Both the position numbers and the translations under genes were made by a program. The notes under the pieces were generated by a model. That model was not told where the DNA came from. It was given only the letters and a program-made list of their open reading frames with translations, and ran no database searches. This document shows, in pieces, positions 51,645-64,000 of a DNA stretch of 64,000 nt. The stretch is from Squalus acanthias. Lineage: Eukaryota. How positions within the stretch are numbered: the first letter of the stretch is position 1; each line of letters begins with the position of its first letter. The stretch lies in contig CM059432.1 in assembly GCA_030390025.1 (NCBI GenBank), positions 121,398,001-121,462,000 on the forward strand, given 5' to 3'.

Positions 51645-52490
51645 AGAAACTTCATAAGAACATAGAACATAAGAAATAGGAGCAGGAGTAGGCCATTCAG
51701 CCCCTCAAGCCTGTGCCGCCATTCAATAAGATCATGGCTGATCTGATCTTGGCCTCAACGCCACATTCCCGCCCGCTCCCCATAACCCTTGACTCCCCTG
51801 TAGCTCAAAAATCTGTCTATCTCCTCCTTGAATATGTTCAATGACTCCGCCTCCACAGCTCTCTGGGGTAGAGAATTCTAAAGATTCACGACCCTCTGAG
51901 AGAAGAAATTCCTCCTCATCTCCGTTTTCTGAAACTATGTCCCCTAGTTCTAGATTCCCCCACGAGGGGAAACATCCTCCCTGCATCTACCCTGTCAAGC
52001 CCTCTCAGAATCTTATATGTTTCAATAAGATCACCTCTCATTCTTCTAAACTCCAATGAGTATAGGCCCAACCTGCTCAACCTTTCTTCATAAGACAACC
52101 CCTTCATCTCAAGAATTAACCTAGTGAACCTTCTCTGAACTGCCTCCAATGCAAGTATATCCCTCCTTAAATAAGGAGGCCAAAACTGCATGCAGTTGTA
52201 GCAAGACTTCACTACTTTTATACTCCATCCCCCTTGCAATAAAGGCCAACATTCCATTTGCCTTCCTAATTACTTGCTGTACCTGCATACTAACTTTTTG
52301 TGTTTCATGTATGAGGACCCCCAGATCCCTCTGTACCGCAGCATTTTGTAGTCTCTCTCCATTTAAATAATAATTTGCTTTTTTATTTTTCTTACCATAG
52401 TGGATAACCTCGCATTTTCCCACATTATACTCCATCTGACAAATTTTTGCCCACTCACTTAACCTGTCTATATCCCATTGCAGATTCTTT

Positions 52491-53047
52491 GGGCTCGATT
52501 TTGCCAGGCCCGAGGAGGCGGGAATGGAGGCGTGTGGGGTGTTAAAATGGCAGGCGGGCCCAACCCGCCTCCGAGCAATTTTCCCAAATGCATGGTTTCT
52601 GATCTCGTCTCGCCTCCAAGAGGCAGGATAGGCCCTTAACAACCACTTAATTGCCTCTATAATCCCATTTTGTGATTTTAACACTTTTCCGACGTGATGC
52701 ACGCCTTCTCTGAAACACGACGATGAAACCTGGCGGGAGCACACTTCTATTGCTGACTATCAGTTGCAGGTCCACCATTAAGAAGGAGATCATCATCTCC
52801 TCCTCCTCCTCCTCCTCCTCCTCCGGCCAAAAGCTTCCCAGTCTTTGCAGACCTTAAATGACATCATCAGAGTCGAATTTCAGACTGAAAACACTAATTG
52901 GGTCATGGGTTCCCACATGCTCGAACTCAATTAATTGCCCAATTAGGGGAAAATCGAATAATTCTCCCACATCCAATTAGAGTCGGGTGGCTAACACGAA
53001 AAGTGGATGACACGACCCCAGCCCGCCCCAATAACAAAATCGAGCCC
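52491..53047. mobile_element. Non-autonomous deletion derivative of the 39187-43436 Harbinger family
   Basis: Perfect 13 bp TIR GGGCTCGATTTTG, TTT TSD; both arms similar to the ends of copy 1; central (TCC)n. Confidence 0.9.
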
Positions 53048-53050
53048 TTT

Positions 53051-53228
53051 GGGCGCGATCTTGCCAGCCCTGGGGAGGTGGCTATGGAGGCAGGACTGCG
53101 GGGAAAATGGTAGAATCTGGGGGCAGGTGCCCAACCCACCCCAACCCACCTCCGTGCCATCTTGCCAGGAGGCGAGTAGCCGACCCGCGCTGGGTCCCAT
53201 CTCCTGGAGGCAGGAAGGGGATTACAGC
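53051..53228. mobile_element. Single terminal fragment of a related Harbinger
   Basis: GGGCGCGATCTTGCCAGCCCTGGGGAGG resembles the reverse complement of 60330-60384. Confidence 0.65.
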
Positions 53229-56200
53229 CAAGTCATTAATATAGATTGTAAATAGTTGAGGCCCCATCACTGATCCCTGTGGCACCCCACTAGTTACAGT
53301 TTGCCAACCTGAAAATGTCCCATTTATCCCGACTCTACGTTTTCTGTTAGTTAGCCAATCCTCTATCCATGCTAATATATTACCCCCAACCCCATGAGCT
53401 CTTATCTTGTGCAGTAACCTTTTATGCCTTCTGGAAATCCAAATACACTACATCTACTGGTTCACCTTTATCCACCCTGCTCGTTGAATCCTCAAAGAAC
53501 TCTAGTAAATTTGTCAAACACAATTTTCCTTTCATAAAACCATGTTGACTCTGCTTGATTGTATTATGATTTTCTAAATGTCCTGCTATTACTTCCTTAA
53601 TAATGGATCCCAGCATTTTCCCAATGTCAGATGTTAGGCTAACTGGCCTATAGTTTCCTGCTTTCTGCCTCCCTCCTTTCTTGAATAGGAGCGTTACATT
53701 TGCAGTTTTCCAATCCGTTGGGACCTCTCCAGAATCCAGGGAAATTTTGGTAGCTTACAACCAAGGCATCCACTATCTCTGCAGCCACTTCTTTTATGAC
53801 CCTAGGATATAGACCATCAGGTCCAGGGGACTTGTCAGCCTTTAGTCCCATTAGTTTGCCTAGTACTTTTTCTCTAGTGATAGTCATTGTTTTAAGTTCC
53901 TCCCTCCTATAGCCCCTTGATTATCAATTATTATTGGGTTTCTTTTAGTGTCTTCTACCGTGAAGACCAATACAAAATATTTGTTCAAAGTCTCTGCCAT
54001 TTCCCTGTTTCCCATTATTAATTCCCCAGTCTCATCCTCTCAGGGACCAACGTTTACTTTAGCTACTCTCTTCCTTTGTATATACCTGTAGAAGTTCTTA
54101 CTGTCTGTTTTTATATTTTTTGCTAAATTACTTTCATAATCTGTCTTCTCCCTCTATTATTTTTTTAGTCATCCTTTGCTGGTTTCTAAAAATTTCCCAA
54201 TCCTCTGGCCTACCACTAATCTTCACAACATTGTATGCCTTTTGTTTTAATTGATACCATCCTTAACTTCCTTAGTTAGCCACGGATGGTTCATCCTTCT
54301 CGTAGAGTCTTTCTTTCTCACTGGAATAAACCTTTGCTGAGAGTTATGAAATATCTCCTTAAATTTCTGCCATTGCTTATCTACTATTTTACTCTTTAAT
54401 CTAAAGGGGAGAAGGCTATTTTAGATCTGGTAATGTGTAATGAGACAGGATTAATTAATGATCTCATAGTAAAGGATCCGCTAGGGAAGAGTGATCATAG
54501 CATGATAGAGTTTCAAATTCAGTTTGAGGGTGAGAAACTTGGGTCTGAAACTAGTGTCCTAAACTTAAATAAAGGCAATTACAAAAGGTATGAAGACAGA
54601 GTTGGCTAAAGTAGACTGGGATACTTCACAACATTACATTTTCTTATACACCCATGTGGTTACCCTTGTGCAACTACAAAGCTTTACCCTTCTGATTCCT
54701 ACTGCTCCTACGTGGTGCAACTCCTGTGTATTCAGCAAAGGCAGGCTGTTCAGATCCTTGCTCTGACTGCTGCGATGCTCTTAGGAGAAGTTCTCTGGGT
54801 TTTGGAGCCCGCCAATGACTGCTCCAGCTGCACCTGTGCAGGGGCAGACTCGGCCATCGGCACACGAGGCAGGCATCATGTCGAGTACTGACTTGGGGGG
54901 GGTGGGCAATGGGTGAGAAGTGGAAACGCTTTGAGTGGAGTTCCCACTGCCATTTCCCCTTGCTCCATCTTTACGTTCATGGCCCAGCTGCACTTCACTG
55001 CTACCAATGTGCTGGAGAACAATTTGCTGCAGATTATTGCGGCATTTTAAGGCCAAGGCTAAGGTATCTGTCAACCTATTTAAGGCGGCAGACATGTTGG
55101 CATCCAGTGTGTGCACGGCCATGGTCAAGGCATGCATGGACTCATTTGATTGCTGCGTTTAATGTTCCACAGCGCTGGCCACTCTATCCATGCAAGGAGA
55201 TATTATTACAATTCCAATCGACATCAACCCAGTCATGCTTGAGGCAGACTCCTCCATTCTCTCTGCAATCATGGTCAGTGCGCTTCGAAGGCCTGTTAGT
55301 ACATTGCACATTGTCTGCTGCTCCTGAATGATTATCCTTTTCATCGACAACCCCTGGGGTACAGCATCTGTGTCCAGCTGAGCAGAGCTTGGAGAGGGTT
55401 GCGCCCTCCAGCGAGGACTCTCCACTGCTGTCCCTGTCTCCATCATCTGCTCCTGCTCACTTGTGAAGTGTGAGTCACCAGGTGCAAACCCACCCATCTG
55501 CCTTACTGGTCCCACTAAAGTGCGAGTATCTGAACTGGTGCACAAAACCTCTTCACTCCTCCAAATTCCATCTTGGGATTGGCCCTTTAAATACTGGAGT
55601 TGGATCATATCATGCGGGTCCTCATCACGCCTGCTGCCACGCAATCGACGGCAAACCCTGAAATAAAATGATAATGAGCTGGCCGCGTTAAAATGCCACA
55701 GACCGACGCTCTGAAATTCCTTCCAGGTTTCCCGCTCCCACCACGCCTCCAAGTTAATATCGGGGCCGTTATCTCTCCTCCATATTTTGAATTGACACTT
55801 TCTTTAATGTGAAAAGACGCTGAGGTTGGAGCCCAGAGCAAATTCAACTCTTAAACTATTTGCAGCCCAGAAGTGCCCCTCCCCCCACAATTGTATATCT
55901 TGCGACTTCTTTTCATAAGAAGCATGAGAAGAGATTACTGAAGTCCTAATGATAGTCATTTCCACTAAAGAACATCATTTGTTCGCTCAATTTTTTATTC
56001 TACTGACATCTACTGACCTTTCCTAAATCATCTGTCACACGTTCTTTTTAAATCTGTGTTTTTACTGAAGTTTATTCTTAAACAGACACACGGGGGGCGA
56101 TTTTCCCAATGGCGGCGGGTTTCGGTTTGGGTGGGTTCCAAACCCGCCTCCACTGTCAGGTGGGAAAAATTTGCGATTTTCCCCTAATTGGCCAGTTGAT

Positions 56201-56365
56201 TTCAGAGGTGTGGGTTCCCCTGGGCCAATTAGTCTTTTGGGACTGAAACTCGCCTCTGCTGACGTCACTTATCCAGCTTCATTTAAGGGCTGCTTGCTGC
56301 CTTGGCTCATTCCACTGGTTTTTGGTCGATGCTGCACCACCTCCAAACTTTTATGTCATTGAAGA

Positions 56366-58417
56366 ATGGCCAACTCCAAGGCAAGGGCCTCCCCGAGGTT
56401 CTCGGATGAGGCACTGGGTATCCTGGTTGAGGGGGCGAGAGCCAGCAGGGAGGTGCTCTTCCCCTCATCTAGGAGGAAGAGGCCTCCCAAAGAAACCAAG
56501 GCTGTGTGGGTCCAGCTGGCAAGGGATATAACCTCCAGATCTGTGTGCAGCAGGACATGGCTACAGTGCTGTAAAAGGTTCAATGACCTTGTAAGATCAG
56601 GCAGTGAGTATACCTTCAGCTTGACCCTCTTTCTGCTGCCCCTCTCCTCTATCACCAGCACTCTGCACTGTCAACCTCCTCCTACACATCCCACTTTACC
56701 CTTACAACCCTTGCACTCTTCACCATCCCTCTCACTCTATGAACCCAATCACTTCACTATTCGACTATGCTGCCCTCACACTCCCTTTCAATGTTATGCA
56801 ATGACAACGACTAACAACGCCCAGGGAGGGCCCTTGGACATGGAACCTCACTCCATCTTTGTCTCCTAAGCATCTATGCTCTGGACTCTCTACACACACT
56901 CCATCATTCTCACTCCAACTCCACTTGTCTCCCTCATTGCAGGAAAAGAGAGCCCACAATAGAAGGGAAAGGGCAAAGACAGGAGGAGGGCCACCTTCCC
57001 TCGCCCTTCTCACCCAGGCTGAAGAGGCAGCCCTGGACATCGCCGGCACAGAGGTGGAGGTGGAAGTGGGGGACGGACAGACGGGTGCGGCAGAGCAAGC
57101 TGGTGACAGAATAGGTTTGCGTCTCTCTCATTTACACTGCTTGAGTGACTGAAATGGCTGCTGGTGTACATTATTAGAATGCCACTTGAGCATCTGCACT
57201 ATTGCATATGTATGCCACACTTCCGTGAAATGTCTAACCCATGCCTTTACTCCCCCACAGGACCATCCACAGAGCCCCCCCCGCCCCCCCACCCCCCCAC
57301 TGTCGACGAGGAAGAGGCTGAGCAGCAAGACTCCTCAGGGGAACCTGCAACCTCTGAGGACGCAGCATCAGCAGATGTAAGCGCACCCAGCACCAGCGCA
57401 GATACGCACACCTCGGTGGGACCTTCGGACATAGAGTGGTGTTGTCACCGTGTGTATCACATCTCACAGGTGGGCATCAGCAGGTGGTGGAGACAGAGAC
57501 AGCAGTGGAGAGTGCTCGTCGGAGGTCGCAGGAATCTCCTAGCTTTGCTCCGCTGCATGTCGACCCTGTGCCTCTGGGTCCATCCAGAAGGAGATCGGTG
57601 CTGGAACTCCAGGAGCAGGTGCAGGAGTCTCTGACAAGTTTTGTCTCCAGGGTCACCATGAGTGTGGAGAGGATGGAGGAGTCCAACATCTAACATGAGC
57701 AGTGACTTTGTGGAGGCAATGACGCATCAACGCACCACCACGGAAAGGATGGGAACCTCTGTGGAAAGGATGGCTACCTCCGTGGTTATGTTGGCTGCCT
57801 CTCTGGAAAGGGTGTCTACCTCTGTGGAAAGGGTGTCTACAGTAGAGGAGAGGGTGGCTACGGCCATGGAGGACCTAAGTCGCCAGAGTCTGGAAAACAT
57901 GGTGAATGTTCAGAATAGACTGACATCTCTGGAGGAGCGATGGGCAGCTATTGAGCAGAGAAACCAGAGCTTTATGGAAGTCCTTTTGAGTAGGACTGCC
58001 AGTGCAGATACGGGTCCCCATGGCCCCCCTGATGTGCAGCAAGGTGCTCTCAAGCCACTTGTAAGCACTGAGGTGGACCTGACCCATGAGAGGGAAGTTG
58101 GCGGCAGAGAACAAGGAAGTGGGGGCTCCTCTCCAAGCGCTCACAATTCCATGCCACTGCGTAGCCCTCGGTCAGAGACCCACCAGAGTCCGCACCCAAC
58201 TGACATGGACGTCTCAGCCCCTGCACTGTCGCAGGATGAGCAGACGTTTGGTGAGCCCTCACAGGTTTGGAAACCCAGAGGACGTCCGCCAAAGCTGTCG
58301 AAGCAGGAGCAGCATGAAAGTGACCAAGGGGCCTCCACTTCTGCTGAAGCCACAGGGGGAGCACCACGTAGGAGCACGCGTAAGAGAAAAATAAAGCACC
58401 ATTTGTCACAGGGGTAG
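56366..58417 (+). pseudogene. Harbinger Myb/SANT-like gene, 3 exons (56366-56603, 56943-57102, 57261-58417)
   Basis: PRFSDEALGILVEG...WVQLA...RTWLQCCKRFNDL; GTGAGT, TTGCAG, GTGACA, CCCACAG splice sites; frameshifts. Confidence 0.85.
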
Positions 58418-58662
58418 GCACTTGGGTGATTGTTTCTGTTTATTGATGAAATGCCATCCCTGTGTGAATGTATTAAAATTAGGTGATGGCAAACTGTTGG
58501 CGTGATGGCATCTGTTATTTCGGCTTAGGCAGCTCCACATTATGGGTTCTGCGATGCTTGCATGGTCAGGTTGATGGTCAGAGTGAAAGGAGGCCAGAGA
58601 GTCATGTCCATTGTCTATCATGTGTTAAGAAGGAGCCAAGCACATGTGCCACAATGGGCAAC

Positions 58663-59870
58663 CTATGCAAATCTGGCTAGGATGAGTGCATCCCTTGCAT
58701 CACGGGCAGCCATGTGCTCGCGTGCTGCCGCTGCTGCTGGTAGATGCGCCGCCGCTCGGTCCTCCTCCTCCTCCTCATCTGAGGAGGCTATGAACTGAGC
58801 CACTTGCTCATCAGGAAGCTGCAAGCCACGATGCTGTGCCATGTTGTGCAGTGCACAGCAGACCACGACCATTCTGGAGACCCTGGCTGCTGAATACTGC
58901 AGGGCTCTACCTGATCTATCAAGGCATCGGAATCGCATCTTCAGCAAGCCAATGGTTTGCTCGATGATGAATCAAGTCGAAATGTGGCTGGCGTTGTAGC
59001 ACTCTTCAGCCTCGTTAGCTGGCCTCCTGATCAGCATCATTAGCCACTTCTTCAGGGGGTAGCCCTTGTCACCAAGGAGCCATCCGTTAAGTTGGTTTGG
59101 TGGATTGAAGAGCGGAGGAACACTAGAGTTCCGCAGGATGAACAAGTCATGGCAACTACCACAGAACTTGGCGCAAACATGCAAGAACTCCTTATGGTTA
59201 CACACCAGCTGTACGTTGAGGAAGTGGAAGCCCTTGCGGCTCACAAAGATAGCTGGGTTGTGATGGGGTGCCCTAAGGGCCACATGTGTGCAGTCTATGA
59301 CGCCCTGCATCATTGGCAAGCCTGCCATATTTGCAACGCCAACTGAACGCACGGTTACACTTGCTTGATCCCTTGAGAACTGGATGTAATTGTGCGCCTT
59401 TGCGAAAAGGGCATTGGTAACCTGGGTGATGTAACTGTGGGCGGCCGACTGGGAGATGCCGCTGATGTCTGCTGATGACCCCTGGAAGAAGCCTGAGTCA
59501 AAAAAGTTGAGTGCGGTGGTGAATTTGACAGGTAAGGGGTGTCCACCCGTTCCTCTGGGCTCCAGGTGTTGGTGCAGCAGTCCGCAGATCTCTCGGACAA
59601 CCTCTCGCGAAAGTCTCAGCCTCCTTTGGCACTGCTGTTCACTCATGTTGAGGTAGCTCATCCTCTGTCTGTAAACTCAAGAGGGGGGTATCTCCTGCAG
59701 TGACGTGCTGCTATGCGCTGGCACCTTCTGCCCTGTGCAGCATCAGATGGGTGAGCAGGAGGTTGGGGCTCCTGCTGCTGTTGCTGCTGAGCTGCCTGGT
59801 TCTGCTGCTGCCGTGGCTGCTCCTCATCCAAATCTGAGGTCCATAATGAAAGGAAATAAATGGTTTCCAT
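58663..59870 (-). pseudogene. Harbinger DDE transposase with frameshifts
   Basis: METIYFLSLWTSD..., [33 protein letters not shown] spread over three frames. Confidence 0.9.
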
Positions 59871-61094
59871 GCTGCTGGCAGATACCTCCGTTGGGGAAGT
59901 GCTCAGTCCAAGTGGGGAGAGGATTTTCCAAGGAGGTCCCACAGTTGAGAGATAGAAGCTGCAACACCTCCGACTTTGGTAGGCCTGCTAAAAGTGCTGA
60001 AAGACCTGTGGAACAAAAGTTCTGCCACCTGCAACTGCTCGCTGATGAAAGCTGCATTTTAATGGTGGAGCTGCAGCTGTGAGGAGGCCACCCACTTGTC
60101 AACCCGCCAGGATCAGCTGGCGTGGTTTAGGAGGGTCGTGCAACACGCTGAAAATGTGGTAAAATAACAAAGTCCTGTCAAAATAGGATTATAGAGGCCC
60201 TTAACGACTATTTAAGGGTCTTAACTACCTCTCCCGACTGATGGAGGCACACATGAAACCCGCCTCCGGCAAAATTGTGCGGAGGCGGGTTGGAGGCGGG
60301 TTCCGAACCCGCGCTCACTTTTTGTGATTTTCCCAACTGTCCCGCCTCCAAACCTACCTCCTCGGGGCTGGGAAAATCATGGCCACAGCTTGCCGTACAG
60401 TACATGCTTTAATCTATCCTGCACATTACAAATCTTCGTAGCCTAAACATGGGAAATACTTGAAATCAAAATAATGATAACATGAGAAATCATTCTATAA
60501 ATGACAAACCCACCCCAGGCTGTTTTTAAACCTTCCTTTCCTGACAGTAATTTGCAACTTTAGTGACTTTCCAGCTTCTTCCAACTCCTCCTCACTTCCA
60601 GCTGTTATTTTCTGTCTTTATTTAATTTACATTGAATAATGTCACAATGAGATCACCGCGCAGACTTTTCACTGCAGAAATTTAAAAATAGCAACCTTTT
60701 AGGCAGTCACAACTTTCTTGTGGTGCAGTTGAGCTTGTGACAGTCTGCAAAGGAATTAATGGGCAAATATGCAGAATGCAAAATGTAAATGGTACCTCAG
60801 TTTGCTGGGGGACGTTGCCTACTTTTACTGCAGAGCCGCTGACATGACTATCCCCATCCACTACATATTAAGACATTCCGCTAGATTAAAATTATTCAAA
60901 TTGACTCAGCAAAAAGCGGAAATAATTTTGTTGACCTGTGCTAGTGAATGTGTCTTATTACACCGGTGGGGGTAAAGTACAGAAAATGCCAAGTCCATCC
61001 AAGACATGAGGACAGTTTCCAATCTTGAAAAACTCTTCTATCTCCTGAACAATATATAGGAAACAGCTTGTTACCTTATTGGTGATTCATGTAA

Positions 61095-61270
61095 AGAAAG
61101 CACTTGCTTTACTCTAGTATTATTCACAGCCTCAGGACATCCCAAAGCACTTCACAGCCATGTACTAACTGTACCTTTGCAGCCAATTTGCACCTAAATG
61201 TGATGAATAACCAATTAAATTGTTCTTGGGTGGTGTTATTGAGGGATGAACATGGGCCAGGACACCAGAA
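61095..61270 (-). mobile_element. Degenerate Deu-SINE 3' part
   Basis: CTCAGGACATCCCAAAGCACTTCACAGCCA...GGCCAGGACACC. Confidence 0.6.
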
Positions 61271-64000
61271 GAATCATAGAATCATAGAAAGTTACAGCAC
61301 GGAAGGAGGCCATTTCGGCCCATGGTGTCCGCGCCGGCCAACAAAGAGCGATCCAGCCTAATCCCACTTCCCAGCTCTTGGTCCGTAGCCCTGCAGGTTA
61401 GAGCATCCCAAGTGCAAATCCAAGTACTTTTTAAGTGTGTTTAGGCTGCCTTTACCACCCTTTCAGGCAGTGAGTTGCATACCCCCATGACCCTCTGGGT
61501 GAAGAAATTTCCCCTCAAATCCCCTCTAAACCTTCTACCAATCTTTTTAAATCTGTGCCCCCTGGTTTTTGATCCCTCTGCTAAGGGAAATAGGTCCTTT
61601 CTATCCACTTTATCTATGCCCCTCATAATTTTATACACCTCAATAAGGTCTCCCCTCAGCCTCCTCTGTTCCAAGGAAAACAGACCCAGCCTATCCAGTC
61701 TTTCCTCATAGCTAAGATTCTCTACTCCCGGCAACATCCTTGTAAATCTCCTCTGTACCCTCTCTAGTGCTATCACATCTTTCCTGTAATGTGGTGACCA
61801 GAACTACACACAGTACTCTAGCTGAGGCCTAACTAGTGTTTTATACAGTTGAAGCATAACCCCCCCTGCTCTTGTATTCTATGCCACGGCTAATAAAGGC
61901 AAGCATTCCGTATGCCTTCTTAACCACCTTATCTACTTGGCCTGCTACCTTCAGGGATCTGTGGACATACACTCCAAGGTCCCTTTGTTCCTCTACGCTA
62001 CTCAGTGTCCTACCATTTAATGTGTATTCCCTTTCCTTGTTAGCCCTCCCCAAATGCATTATCTCACACTTCTCCGGATTGAATTCCATTTGCCACTGTT
62101 CTGCCCACTTGACCAATTTATTAATAGCTTCCTGCAGTCTACAGCTTCCTTCTTCAGTATCAACCACACAGCCGATTTTAGTATCATCTGCAAACTTCTT
62201 AATCATACCCCCTATATTCAAGTCAAGATTGTTGGTATACACCACAAAAAGCAAGGGACCCAGTACTGAGCCCTGCGGAACCCCACTGGAAACAGCCTTC
62301 CAGTCACAAAAACACCCATCAACCATTACCCTCTGCTTCCTGTCTCTGAGCCAGTTTTGAATCCAACTTGACACTTTGCCCTGGATCCATGGGCTTTTAA
62401 CTTTGTGACCAGTCTGCCATGTGGAACCTTATCAAAAGCCTTGCTAAAGTCCATATACACTACATCAAATGCACTACTCTCATCTACCCTCCTTGTTACC
62501 TCCTCAAAAAATTCAACCAAGTTTGTTAGACACGACCTTCCCTTAACAAATCCATGCTGACTATCCTTGATTAATCCGTGTCTTTCTAAATGAAGATTTA
62601 TCCTGTCCTTCAGAATTCTTTCCAATAATTTTCCCACCACCGAGGTTAGGCTGACTGGCCTGTAATTACTCGGTCTATCCTTTTCTCCCTTTTTAAACAA
62701 GGGTACCACGTTAGCAGTCCTCCAGTCCTCCGGCACCACATCTGAAGCCAGAGAGGATTGAAAAATGATGGTCAGGGCCTCTGCTATTTCCTCTTTTGCT
62801 TCGCTTCGCCTGGGGACTTATCCACTTTTAAAGCTGCTAAACCCCTTAATACTTCCGCTCTCACTATGTTTATTTCATCTAATATTTCACACAATTCCCC
62901 CCCGATCGCAATGTCTGCTTCGCCCCTCTCCTTTGTGAAAACAGACGCAAAGTATTCATTAAGAACCCTACCAACGTCTCCCGCCTCCACACACAGATTA
63001 CCCTCATGATCTCTAATAGGCCCTACCCTTTCTTTAGTTATCCTCTTACTCTTAATATATTTATAAAACATCTTTGGGTTTTCCTTGATTTTACTGGCCA
63101 AGAATTTTTCATGCTCTCTCTTTGCTTTCCTAATATCATTTTTAATTGCACCCCTGCACTTTCTGTACTCCTCTAAAGATTCTGGAGTATTTAGCCCTCG
63201 GTATTTGTCATACGCCTCCCTTTTTTTCTTTATCCTACCCTGCATGTCTCTAGACATCCAGAGGGCTCTAGATTTGTTAGTCCCACCTTTTTTCTTTAAG
63301 GGCACATGTTTGGTCTGAACCCTCCGGATCTCGTCCTTGAATGCCTCCCACTGCTCTGACACTGATTTACCCTCAAGTAGCTGTTTCCAGTCCACTATGG
63401 CTAAATCCCCTCTGAGCTTAGCAAAGTTTGCTTTTCCCCAATTTAGAATTTTTATTCCTGGTCTATCCTTGTCCTTTTCCATAACTACCTTTAATCTAAC
63501 AGAATTATGGTCACGAGCACCAAAATGCTCCCCCACTGATACGCCTTCTACCTGCCCAACTTCATTCCCTAAAACTAAGTCCAGAACCACCCCCTCCCTT
63601 GTTGGGCTTGCTACATACTGGCTAAAAAAGTTCTCCTGGATGCATTTTAGGAATTCCGCACCTTCTATACCCTTCACACTAATTTTATCCCAGTTAATAT
63701 TGGGGTAGTTGAAATCCACTACTATTACTGCCCTATAGTTTTTGCACTTCTCAGAAATTTTTCTCCATATTTGTTCTTCTATCTCCCTCTCACTGTTTGG
63801 GGGTCTGCAGTACACTCCCAGCAATGTATTTGTCCCTTTTTTGTTTTTCAATTCGACCCATATGGCCTCGTTTGATGATCCCTCCAACATATCATCCCTC
63901 CTCACAGCTGTAATAGTTTCTTTAATCAATACCGCGACCCCCCCTCCCTTTTTACCTCCCTCTCTATCCCGTCTGAAAACCCTGTAACCAGGAATGTTGA
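61271..64000 (-). mobile_element. CR1 LINE of a different subfamily, ORF2 with frameshifts, runs off the window end
   Basis: (ATTCTATG)n tail; YMDFSKAFDKVPH, GVPQGSVLGP, KFADDTK; endonuclease part in 62784-63929; small deletion near 62810. Confidence 0.93.

Larger units (their letters stand above)
51655..54620 (-). mobile_element. 5'-truncated CR1 with inverted 5' segment (54404-54620) and internal MITE insertions
   Basis: RT motifs ([15 protein letters not shown]), tail at ~51655-51675, flanks AAACTTCA / ATACTTCA. Confidence 0.9.
46187..55768 (+). mobile_element. Harbinger element A acting as host of nested insertions
   Basis: Transposase remnant ~46540-48149 (+); Myb-gene last-exon remnant ~54674-55640 (-) ending APRRSSRNQKGKAL; right terminus ...AAGTTAATATCGGGGCC; left end unclear. 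Confidence 0.65.
56093..60384 (-). mobile_element. Near-complete autonomous-type Harbinger transposon (copy 2), opposite orientation to copy 1
   Basis: TIR core GATTTTCCC / GGGAAAATC; same two-gene layout and recognisably homologous sequence. Confidence 0.92.

Noticed and set aside
1..64000. Prokaryotic retron, DGR or defence system suggested by the many RT ORFs
   Set aside because: All RTs are CR1/L2-group non-LTR types with APE domains or LINE tails, in spliceosomal-intron-containing eukaryotic DNA

Overview
Eukaryotic, very repeat-dense DNA, most likely from a cartilaginous fish (inferred from SacSINE1-like Deu-domain SINEs and the CR1 types; not provable from the window). I recognise no host protein-coding gene, tRNA, rRNA or CRISPR array. 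The window is a stack of nested transposable elements. (1) CR1 LINEs: one full-length copy at 2020-6545 whose ORF2 is broken only by a Penelope-type fragment carrying a minimal hammerhead ribozyme, and one copy with a twin-priming-type 5' inversion. (2) L2 fragments and their Deu-SINE partners. (3) A second LINE/SINE pair with a shared 3' tail. (4) Many PIF/Harbinger DNA transposons, including two near-complete ~4.3 kb copies in opposite orientation, each with a DDE transposase and a convergent 3-exon Myb/SANT gene, plus non-autonomous derivatives. (5) A Tigger-like MITE with a perfect internal hairpin. Most short ORFs in the track are antisense or off-frame shadows of these elements. I found no convincing new biological system. 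The best leads are the ribozyme-bearing insert, the Harbinger Myb-protein architecture and the nested insertion cluster at 46-56 kb. Boundaries were read by eye and many are approximate.
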